A stretch of DNA of 64,000 nucleotides from an uncultured archaeon. Lineage in GTDB: Archaea > Hadarchaeota > Hadarchaeia > Hadarchaeales > Hadarchaeaceae. The notes under the pieces are model-generated. The model was not told the origin of the DNA and ran no database searches. It saw nothing but the letters and a program-made list of their open reading frames with translations. This document shows positions 1 through 7,857 of this stretch, one piece after another. The position numbers and the translations under genes were made by a program. The stretch's first letter is position 1. Each line of letters begins with the position of its first letter. The stretch is taken from the NCBI GenBank assembly GCA_937921735.1, contig CAKZTQ010000004.1:2249-66248 (forward strand). Direction: 5' to 3'.

Positions 1-282
1 CAATCGCTGGAGCTCGAGGAAGGAGGCGAAGTCTCCGGCCTCGACTTCGGGCCTCGAGGGCAGAGGCAGGATTTCGAGCGCCCAGGTGCTCTCGCCCGAG
101 CGGACGTCCGTCGAGAGGATGAGCACTTCTCGCCTGCCGTTCCAGGCGACGATCGCCCTTTGCCCAGGCTCCCAGACCGAGATGCCGGCCGGCGCCAGCA
201 TGCCCCTGTCGGCGAACGCCCTGCTCGAGCTCATGAGCAGCGCGAGGATCGACAGCGCGAGGTATAGCTTGAGCTCGGTCAC
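1..282 (-). CDS. DUF2330-like secreted protein, N-terminal part (continues beyond the left edge)
   Basis: Manual translation from GTG at 282: MTELKLYLALSILALLMSSSRAFADRGMLAPAGISVWEPGQRAIVAWNGRREVLILSTDV. Signal peptide followed by an ADRG...EPGQRAIVAWNG..E.LILSTD pattern that I recall from DUF2330-type proteins. Frame is open to position 1. Not in the ORF track. Confidence 0.6.
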   Translation of the reverse strand, partial: MTELKLYLALSILALLMSSSRAFADRGMLAPAGISVWEPGQRAIVAWNGRREVLILSTDVRSGESTWALEILPLPSRPEVEAGDFASFLELQRL

Positions 283-345
283 GTGTTCTCCCTAGGATAG
301 CTTGGTTTAAATTTTGTCCCCCACCGCGGCCCCCACTGTCGAGGG

Positions 346-557
346 CGGCACACGTATGTCACCGCTTTTCCAGAGGTACGTGGAAAAACTTTCTCTGGTG
401 CCCTGCCGGTCCCGCTTTGACACACGTGTGTCAGCTGCGCGGTTGGCTAGCCAGATGACATACGTATGTCACCAAAGCCAAAAAACGGGTTCGCTGGAAT
501 CGATGACATACGTGTGTCACGGCAAGCGCTTGGCAAATCGATGACATACATATGTCG
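346..557. repeat. Five copies of a 16-bp palindrome, consensus TGACAYACRTRTGTCA
   Basis: 346 CGGCACACGTATGTCA; 418 TGACACACGTGTGTCA (perfect); 456 TGACATACGTATGTCA (perfect); 504 TGACATACGTGTGTCA; 542 TGACATACATATGTCG. Start-to-start spacing 72, 38, 48, 38. Confidence 0.95.
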
Positions 558-744
558 GCAATTGCCGCGATAACCGTTTCTTGAAGACCATCGTCATGCG
601 TCCTCATGTCGACATAGCGCCATCATCGAAAGGACATTCGACGAGCCTTCCATGCGCGTGAAAAATTGTATCCACAAACACTTTTACATACACATAAAAC
701 TCCTCAACCATCGCACCAATTCAAATAATCTGGAAGAACAAATG

Positions 745-780
745 TCGAGGGATTAATAATCCCTCGAATTTGCGCAAATT
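745..780. repeat. Abutting palindromes TCGAGGGATTA-A-TAATCCCTCGA (745-767) and AATTTGCGCAAATT (767-780)
   Basis: Both are perfect inverted repeats read directly from the sequence, at the edge of the AT-rich tract. Confidence 0.9.
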
Positions 781-1006
781 TTATAACAGCTGAGAAAAAA
801 CGAGCTTAAAAACGATTTTAAACCAGAGAAAATTAACCCTTTACAAAAAAATCTTTTAAAAAACGATAAAATTCATACCAGCCTTAAAAACCCGTCTTAA
901 GGCAATTTGCGGCAAATAAACGGCGATTTTGGCTTGACATAGAGGATACTTTCATAAGCCGCTTATAAGGCGCGCGGACGACCTCTCTATCGAAGGAGGA
1001 ATAAAA

Positions 1007-2104
1007 ATGCCGATAAAAGCCCCCGATATCCCAATCTGGGAGCACGAGGGCTTGGATACGAGGACGCGCTGGGAGTTGATGGTGGCTGACATAAAGCGCG
1101 AGGTGACCTCGGGGGAGCGCGAGGGACAAGCGGTGCCCCCAACCAGAGCATGGGCTGTCACCTCGCTCCTTCGCAAGCTCGCCTCCAAGCAGACGAGGTT
1201 CGCCGACCTGCACGTCCACACCAGGATCTCCGACGGCTGGATCTCGCCCGGCGACGCCGTCGAGCGCGCGGCTAGGGTCGGGCTGGCAGCGATCGCGATC
1301 GCCGATCATGACTCGATAAGCGGCATCCAGACGGCGCTCTGGGCCGGTCGACAGTTCGGCGTGGAGGTGATACCCGCGGTCGAGGTGAGCTCGGGCATAG
1401 ACAACCGCGAGCTCCACATCTTGGGCTACTACATCGACTGGCGCGACAAGAAGTTCGCGGAGAAGCTCCTCGAGATCCAGGAGTTCAGGAAGGAGAGGGT
1501 GAAGCTGATAGTGGACAAGCTGAGGGAGCTCAACATCGACATCCCCTACAACGTCGTCATCGCCCTCGACGGGGGCGTCGTCGGGCGTCCCCACATCGCG
1601 CAGGCGATGGTAGATCTTGGCTACGTGCGCACCACCGACGAGGCCTTCGACAAGTACCTCGGCGTGGGCAAGCCGGCTTACGTGTCGAAGTACCCGCTCA
1701 CGCCGCACAAGGCGATCGCCCTCATCAGGAAGGTGGGCGGAATCCCCGTGCTAGCTCATCCTCTGTTCGCACGAGCCGACGACCTGCTTCCGGAGCTCAT
1801 CGAAGCCGGTCTACGCGGCCTCGAGGTCTACCACACCAAGCACGATGCCTCCGTCACCAAGCACTACGAGGAGCTGGCGAGGAAGTACGACTTGCTGATG
1901 GTGGGAGGCTCCGACTCACACGGCGTGGGAGAGGTGCCCATAGGCCATGTACGGGTGCCCTACTCCTTCGTCGAGAAGCTGAGGGAGGAGCTGGCGGCGA
2001 TGGGGGCAGCTCGCGGGGCGACGACGAATTCGATGCTCGCGGCGAGGGTCAAGGCGCACGAGAGGGGGAGGGCGGCGAATTTTAAGGCTGTAAAGACAAG
2101 ATAA
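1007..2104 (+). CDS. PHP-domain phosphoesterase (TrpH/YciV-like)
   Basis: DLHVHTRISDG, AIADHDS, GRPHIA, VLAHP, GGSDSHG motifs. AAGGAGG RBS upstream. ~60-aa N-terminal extension. Confidence 0.9.
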   Translation: MPIKAPDIPIWEHEGLDTRTRWELMVADIKREVTSGEREGQAVPPTRAWAVTSLLRKLASKQTRFADLHVHTRISDGWISPGDAVERAARVGLAAIAIADHDSISGIQTALWAGRQFGVEVIPAVEVSSGIDNRELHILGYYIDWRDKKFAEKLLEIQEFRKERVKLIVDKLRELNIDIPYNVVIALDGGVVGRPHIAQAMVDLGYVRTTDEAFDKYLGVGKPAYVSKYPLTPHKAIALIRKVGGIPVLAHPLFARADDLLPELIEAGLRGLEVYHTKHDASVTKHYEELARKYDLLMVGGSDSHGVGEVPIGHVRVPYSFVEKLREELAAMGAARGATTNSMLAARVKAHERGRAANFKAVKTR

Positions 2105-2116
2105 AAAGGGGGTCGC

Positions 2117-4519
2117 GTGCTATTCCGGAGGGTGAAGAAGCCCAAGCGCGTCCTGAGGGCCGCGGAGGAAGAGATCTACAGGCCCAAGGGACCTGCTCCT
2201 TCTAGGAGAGCCCACAAGCCCCTCGAGCTCGCGGAGGTGAAGGAGGAGCGGCCCCCTGAGGGGGAGCAGCCCCCGAAGTTAGAGGAGGTCGAGGTCCAAA
2301 CACCAGCCGAGGTGCCGGCGGAAAAGGTCGCTCCAGAGCCAGAGGTTTCGAAGCCGGTGGAGGCGCCGCAACCTGCTCAAGGGCGAGTCGGGGAACCCGA
2401 GGCTGAGGTGGTTGCGGAGGAGCTCGAGGTCGCCGAGCCCGAGGTGTCGAAGGGGACGCTCGCCGAGAGATCCATCGCTGAAGCCCTAGCGACCGACTCA
2501 GCCTTGGAGGAACTCAGGCGGAGGTTGGAGGCCAAGCCGGAGCTCGAGCTCCCGGCAGCGCCCAAGCTCGTCAAAAAACCCTCGGCGAGGAGGGCGGTCG
2601 TGAAGCTCGCCAAGAGGGCGAAGGCGGTGAGGGTCAGGAAGCGCCCATTGCCGAGGAAGAGAAAGCCGTCGGCCGAGAAACCGCGGGCAAAAAGGGGGGC
2701 AAGGGTCGTCAAAAAGCCCTCCCCGGTCGAGGGAAAAGTTAGGCCCGTCAAAAAATCCTCGGCAGCGAGGGTTGCGAGGCCAGCCGCGTTAAAGCCGATC
2801 GAGGGTCCTCGGCTGAAGGTGGCCGCCCGCTCGGCGGCACCCAAACCCGTGTCTAGGCCTCGCGCTAAGCTCGTGAAGCCTAGCAAGAAGTTGGCCAGGG
2901 CAGCTGCCCCATCCGTACCCGAGGCGAGGGCCATCGAGGCCGAGAAGCTCCCGCTGCAGGCCATAGCCTCCGACTTCGCCCTCGAGGAGCTCAAGCGAAA
3001 GCTCGAGGCCAAGCAAGAGGTCGAGGCCCTAAGGGAGTTCGAGGAGTACACCACCTTCGAGCCGCCCAAGGGCTACAAGGAGCTCGAGCGCTATTGGGTG
3101 GTGAAGCCCTACGCGTGGGCGGCCATCCTCTTCAACGAGGAGAAGAACGAACGCCTTTATTACTTAGTCGAGCCCACGCTGACGCCCCTCGAGAAGACGA
3201 TCCTCGAAACGCTCCACGAGCACCTCCTCGACCGCCTGACCTACGAGACGGGCAAGGAAAGGGACGCCGTCATCAGGGAGAAGGCCCTAGAGCTCCTAGA
3301 TGAGTACGGCCTGTCGCTCGACGATAAGTCCGTGAACAAGATCATCTACTACCTTAGGAGGAACTACGTCGGCTACGGCAGGATAGACGGCCTCCTGAGG
3401 GACCCGAGGATAGAGGACATCTCTTGCGATGGCGTCGACGTGCCGATCTTCCTCTACCATCGAGACCACCAGAACATCCGCACCAACATTGTGTTCGAGG
3501 ACGCGCAGGAGCTGGACCTCTTCGTCATCAGGCTGGTGGAGCGCGCGGGGAGGCAGATCTCCCTGGGCAGGCCCACGGTCGACGCCGCGCTGCCCGAGGG
3601 CTACAGGCTCCAGGCGACGATAGGCACGGAGATAACCACGCGCGGCAGCTCCTTCTCGATAAGGAAGTACACCGAGGAGCCCTTCACGCCCGTCGACCTC
3701 ATCCTGTATGGCACCTTCTCGCCCGAGATGCTCGCGTACCTCTGGCTGGCGACGGAGAACAAGAGGAACGTCATGATCGTCGGGGGCACTGCATCGGGGA
3801 AGACGTGCACGCTCAACGCCCTCTCGCTGTTCATCCCGCCCGACGCCAAGATCATCTCCATCGAGGACACCCGGGAGCTGACGCTCTACCAGGACAACTG
3901 GCTCGCCAGCGTCACCCGCGACGCCCACGGCGAGAGGGCGATAGACATGTACGACCTGCTGCGGCAGGCGCTGAGGCAGAGGCCGGAGGTGATCATCGTG
4001 GGCGAGGTTCGAGGCAAGGAGGCGCTAACGCTGTTCCAAGCCATGAGCACGGGCCACTCCTGCTACTCCACCATGCACGCGGGCTCCATCCAGGAGATGG
4101 TGCACAGGCTCGAGGGAGAGCCGATAAACGTCCCCCACCACATGCTGACGGCGCTCGACATCGTCTGCCTACAACTCCTCACCTACCACAGGGACAGGAG
4201 GGTCCGCCGCAACCAGAGCATAGTCGAGGTGCTGGGCGTAGATCCCGTGAGCGGGGCCCTGCGCACGAACCGCATCTACGAGAGGAACCCGATAACCGAC
4301 GAGTTCGAGAGGGTGGGCAACTCGCAGGTCCTGCTGGAGATAGCCCACGAGCGGGGCTGGAGCGCCGTGGAGCTCGAGAGGGAGCTGGACAACCGCAAGA
4401 AGGTGCTGGAGTACTTGGCCAGGAAAAACATGAGGCGCATAAGCGAAGTCTCGACGATAATAAGGCAGTACTACTTCGATCCCGCCAAGGTGATGGAGCT
4501 GGTGGAGCGCGGAGGGTGA
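2117..4519 (+). CDS. Type II/IV secretion (VirB11/FlaI/TadA-type) pilus assembly ATPase with long low-complexity N-terminus
   Basis: Walker A GGTASGKT, Asp box IEDTREL, Walker B IIVGEVRG, His box STMHA, EDISCDG motif. GTG start. Confidence 0.93.
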   Translation: MLFRRVKKPKRVLRAAEEEIYRPKGPAPSRRAHKPLELAEVKEERPPEGEQPPKLEEVEVQTPAEVPAEKVAPEPEVSKPVEAPQPAQGRVGEPEAEVVAEELEVAEPEVSKGTLAERSIAEALATDSALEELRRRLEAKPELELPAAPKLVKKPSARRAVVKLAKRAKAVRVRKRPLPRKRKPSAEKPRAKRGARVVKKPSPVEGKVRPVKKSSAARVARPAALKPIEGPRLKVAARSAAPKPVSRPRAKLVKPSKKLARAAAPSVPEARAIEAEKLPLQAIASDFALEELKRKLEAKQEVEALREFEEYTTFEPPKGYKELERYWVVKPYAWAAILFNEEKNERLYYLVEPTLTPLEKTILETLHEHLLDRLTYETGKERDAVIREKALELLDEYGLSLDDKSVNKIIYYLRRNYVGYGRIDGLLRDPRIEDISCDGVDVPIFLYHRDHQNIRTNIVFEDAQELDLFVIRLVERAGRQISLGRPTVDAALPEGYRLQATIGTEITTRGSSFSIRKYTEEPFTPVDLILYGTFSPEMLAYLWLATENKRNVMIVGGTASGKTCTLNALSLFIPPDAKIISIEDTRELTLYQDNWLASVTRDAHGERAIDMYDLLRQALRQRPEVIIVGEVRGKEALTLFQAMSTGHSCYSTMHAGSIQEMVHRLEGEPINVPHHMLTALDIVCLQLLTYHRDRRVRRNQSIVEVLGVDPVSGALRTNRIYERNPITDEFERVGNSQVLLEIAHERGWSAVELERELDNRKKVLEYLARKNMRRISEVSTIIRQYYFDPAKVMELVERGG

Positions 4520-4539
4520 TAAAGGCGCGAGGGTGAAGC

Positions 4540-6345
4540 TTGACTAGGAGGTTGGCGATCCGTTTATTCGGCAGGTGGGCGCGGGGCAAGAAGTACGAGG
4601 CGTTGCGGGAGAAACTAAGCAGGGCCCGCATGATGATCTCCGCCGACGCCTACGCGGCGCAGGCGATCTTCTACTCCTTCCTGGTCTCCCTCGCGGTCGC
4701 TGCGGCGGGGAGCCTAGCCATCTGGCTCTTGTATTCCCTCGATCTGCCCCTCCTGGGCTTGGTCCTGCTTATGGCCGCCATGCTCGGGTATGTGACCTAT
4801 CGCCTGTTCATGTTCTACCCGTCGCTGGCCGCAAATGAAAGGGCGCACGAGATAGACCTAGCGCTCCCGCATGCGGTCAGCTTCATGCACGCGCTGAGCA
4901 GAAGCGGCGCTACCGTGACCGATATCTTCAGGGAGCTGAGCACCCGCCAGGACGTGGGAAAGATCGCCGAGGAGGCGAAGGTGTTCATGCGGGACGTCGA
5001 GCTATTGGGTCAAGACCCGCTGACGGCGCTCCGCAACCTCTCGCGGTCGACGGCGTCGAGGAGGTTTAAGAACTTCCTAGAGACGCTGACCTCGATCGTC
5101 GAGACCGGGGGCGACATCACCGGCTACTTCGCGAGCAAGTGCGCGGAGTACAACGCCGAGCTCAGGGACGAGCAGAGGAAGTTCATAGAGACGCTCGGGC
5201 TGCTGGCGGAGATCTACATCATCATGCTCATCTTCGCCCCGCTCTTGATCCTTCTCCTCCTCGTGACGATGGGCGCGATGGGAGGGGTCTCAACCGCCCT
5301 CCTCTACCTCGTCGCTTATGTGGCGATCCCCGTTGGCTCCATCATATTCATGGTGTTGATCAAGGTCATTTCGGGCGGCAGGCTCAAGGTGAAGTTGGGC
5401 AAGGTCGGGCCCTCGGAAACCTTTAGGGGTGTGGAGGTGCGGGGGGAGGCGATCAAGAAGGAGATGTTGGAGAGCATCGCTAGAGGGGTGACGATGGCTA
5501 GGCTGAAAGCGGCGATCCTCCACCCCTTCAAGACGGTCTCGGAGAACCCCCACTACGTCTTCTTCGCCAGCGTCCCTGCATCTGCCCTCTTCCTGCTTCT
5601 TTACCGCCCGCTCAGCACCTCCTCCGCCTTCTTCGCGATCCTCATCGCCCTCGTTCCCTACGTCGTCGCCTTTGAGTCCAAGTCAAGGAGGGTGGAGAGG
5701 ATGGAGGGCGCGCTGCTCGATTTCCTTAGGTCGCTCGCGAGTGGCGTCAAGTCAGGTTTGACGCTGCCTCGTGCCATGGCGGTGGCATCGACCACTGATT
5801 TGGGCCCGCTCGGCAAGGAGGTCAGGAGGATGGGCACCGACGTCAGGTGGGGGGTGTCAGCGGCCGAAGCTCTGGCTAGGTTCGAAGCCCGCGTAAGGGA
5901 GTCTGGCATGCTCTCGAGGGTGGCGACGCTGATAAGGAAGGCGAACGAGGCGGAGTCGGATATCTCCGACGTGCTCGACGTCCTCATCGACGACGTTGCG
6001 ACGACCCGCTCCCTGCAGCGCGAGCGTAGGGCAGCGATGGCGACGTACAAGGTCATCATCTTCCTCGTTTTCTTCGTGTTCCTCTTCACCGTCTACATGG
6101 TCGTCAAGAACATCATCCTCATGACCGCTCCGGCCGGAGAGATGGAGATCTTCTTGTTCAGCGGCATCAACCCACGCCTTTGCACGATCGTCTTCATGCA
6201 CGCGGCGATGCTGGAGGGCTTCTTCGCCGGGCTGGTGGGCACGCTGATGGGCGAAGGCGACCTCAGGTCTGGCCTTAAGTACTCGCTGCTGATGATGATC
6301 GCGGCTTATGCAGTGTTCGCCGTGCTCATTTTCCCAATCATCTAG
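4540..6345 (+). CDS. TadC/FlaJ-type pilus membrane platform protein (two T2SSF domains)
   Basis: Follows the ATPase. Multi-TM protein with two repeats (LPHAVSFMHALSRSG; LLDFLRSLASGVKSGLTL). C-terminal FAGLVGTLMGEGDLRSGLKY. Confidence 0.9.
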   Translation: MTRRLAIRLFGRWARGKKYEALREKLSRARMMISADAYAAQAIFYSFLVSLAVAAAGSLAIWLLYSLDLPLLGLVLLMAAMLGYVTYRLFMFYPSLAANERAHEIDLALPHAVSFMHALSRSGATVTDIFRELSTRQDVGKIAEEAKVFMRDVELLGQDPLTALRNLSRSTASRRFKNFLETLTSIVETGGDITGYFASKCAEYNAELRDEQRKFIETLGLLAEIYIIMLIFAPLLILLLLVTMGAMGGVSTALLYLVAYVAIPVGSIIFMVLIKVISGGRLKVKLGKVGPSETFRGVEVRGEAIKKEMLESIARGVTMARLKAAILHPFKTVSENPHYVFFASVPASALFLLLYRPLSTSSAFFAILIALVPYVVAFESKSRRVERMEGALLDFLRSLASGVKSGLTLPRAMAVASTTDLGPLGKEVRRMGTDVRWGVSAAEALARFEARVRESGMLSRVATLIRKANEAESDISDVLDVLIDDVATTRSLQRERRAAMATYKVIIFLVFFVFLFTVYMVVKNIILMTAPAGEMEIFLFSGINPRLCTIVFMHAAMLEGFFAGLVGTLMGEGDLRSGLKYSLLMMIAAYAVFAVLIFPII

Positions 6346-6460
6346 ACGTTCGGCGCCTGCCGTAAAATCATTCGTCGATCAGGCGAGTTGGGCAGGGATG
6401 ACGTTATCTTTCACAAACTTTAAGAATACATAAAAGGCACTCTTTACTCGGTGAGAAGAG

Positions 6461-6883
6461 GTGATAAACGATAAGAGAGGGGTATCGCCAGTAGTTGGTA
6501 CCATTCTATTGATCGCAGTGACGGTAGCGCTTGCAGCGGTCATCGCGACCATCGTCGGCAGGATAGGCGTCCCGGCGAAGGCACCGTATGCGATCCTGGG
6601 CGTGACTGCAGAGGACAAGGACAGTGAAAATGTTAAAATCACCATCATTCACAGGGGTGGAGATGTCCTTAGCGTAGGCGAACTCAAAGTGAAGGCTGAA
6701 AATAGCAATAAGGATTTGGTAGATGTTACCATGAACTGGGCCGGCACCCTATTTTCTGCAGGTGAGGAAGCGTCTGGCACTTATACCTATGGATCTAACC
6801 CGGAGGGAAAAATAATCAAAGTAAAAGTTATCCACACACCCTCTGGCCAACTGCTGCTCGATACCACCGTCAGAATAGAATAA
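6461..6883 (+). CDS. Archaeal type IV pilin (probable major pilin, DUF1628-like N-terminus)
   Basis: Class III signal peptide DKRG/VSPVVGTILLIAVTVALAAVI, then I.IIHRGGD motif. Has its own TATA-like element upstream. Confidence 0.92.
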   Translation: MINDKRGVSPVVGTILLIAVTVALAAVIATIVGRIGVPAKAPYAILGVTAEDKDSENVKITIIHRGGDVLSVGELKVKAENSNKDLVDVTMNWAGTLFSAGEEASGTYTYGSNPEGKIIKVKVIHTPSGQLLLDTTVRIE

Positions 6884-6952
6884 AAAGGAGGTGCTGAGCT
6901 CGCGGAGGAGGTGCCGAGAGGCGTCGGGGCTGGCTGATGTCGGGAGTGTAGC

Positions 6953-6982
6953 GACCGCCAAAACGGCGGTCCACAATTTTTT
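6953..6982 (+). terminator. Hairpin plus T-tract downstream of the major pilin
   Basis: GACCGCC-AAAAC-GGCGGTC (6953-6971) followed by CACAATTTTTT. Confidence 0.55.
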
Positions 6983-7079
6983 GTTTGAGGTGTTTTAGTT
7001 TGTCTCGAAGTTCATTTCCTCGAACGAATTTTTGTTGGACGTCGCCCAAAACCGAACATGAGTTTTTGGGGACACTGGG

Positions 7080-7853
7080 GTGAAAAATTTCATGAGGGAC
7101 GATAACGGAGTTTCGGTGGTTACGGGGGCAATATTGGTCGTTGCGGTGGGCTTCATCATCTTTTCGATCTTTATCGGGTTCTGGGTACCCAGGCAAGGAT
7201 ACGAGCGGGAACGCGAGCACATGGAGGAAGTCAGGAGGGGCTTCTCAAAGCTGAAGTCAGCGATCGAGACGATCGAGCTTCTCGGCTCCAGGAGCATAGA
7301 CCTGAAGATGGCCGCCGACCCCCCACCGATCTTTGGCTGGCCGGCGATGGGCGGCACCTTGTGGTTCGATAACTCGAGTGGGACGCTTAGCTTTCAAGCG
7401 AACAACGTTCACTACGCCGACCAAACTTGGGTCTACGAAAATGGGGCGGTGATATTGGTGCAACAAGGCAAGAGCGTAATGGCCTCCATGCCGGCGATGG
7501 TGGCGGCCATAGATGATAACGGTGAGAACATAAGGATCGAGGTCCGCACCGTGCGGTTGAAGGGTAAGGGTTTTTCGATAGGGGGGACTGGTGCTCGCAA
7601 CATCGTTTTGGTTAAGGAAAATGTCATAATTGAAAACCATCACATCTCAAGCCTGACTATAGCGATAAACTCGGCTTATCCCGATGCTTGGCGGGAGTAC
7701 CTCAGCCACCTCGAGTCGACGCTCAACGCCAAGGGCTACGACGCCGAGGTCAGCGATCTCTCCATTATTATTCGTGGAAAGGTCTACGACAGCGATGTGA
7801 ATGACATTTACTACCTCAGGAAAATCATAGAGGTTGGAGTAAGCGTCGGGTGA
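7080..7853 (+). CDS. Minor pilin / class III signal-peptide protein
   Basis: DDNG/VSVVTGAILVVAV signal. Shares REREH.EEV, KMAADP, DQ.W.YE.GAVIL.QG and W.EYLS motifs with the next gene. Confidence 0.85.
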   Translation: MKNFMRDDNGVSVVTGAILVVAVGFIIFSIFIGFWVPRQGYEREREHMEEVRRGFSKLKSAIETIELLGSRSIDLKMAADPPPIFGWPAMGGTLWFDNSSGTLSFQANNVHYADQTWVYENGAVILVQQGKSVMASMPAMVAAIDDNGENIRIEVRTVRLKGKGFSIGGTGARNIVLVKENVIIENHHISSLTIAINSAYPDAWREYLSHLESTLNAKGYDAEVSDLSIIIRGKVYDSDVNDIYYLRKIIEVGVSVG

Positions 7854-7857
7854 GGCA

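Noticed and set aside
314-544. 76-aa ORF from the track over the palindrome array
   Set aside because: Its MTYVCH repeats simply translate the DNA palindromes; no RBS and no protein-like composition.
346-557. Palindrome array read as a CRISPR mini-array
   Set aside because: Repeats are only 16 bp, spacers are irregular (22-56 nt) and partly repeated, and no cas genes are nearby.
668-676. GTATCCACA, an 8/9 match to the bacterial DnaA box
   Set aside because: Single imperfect copy in an archaeal genome; expected by chance.
884-4536. Long antisense or alternate-frame ORFs (884..1708, 2377..3069, 3296..3928, 3424..4536) and similar ones across the window
   Set aside because: Shadow ORFs typical of GC-rich coding DNA; they overlap well-supported genes and carry no motifs.
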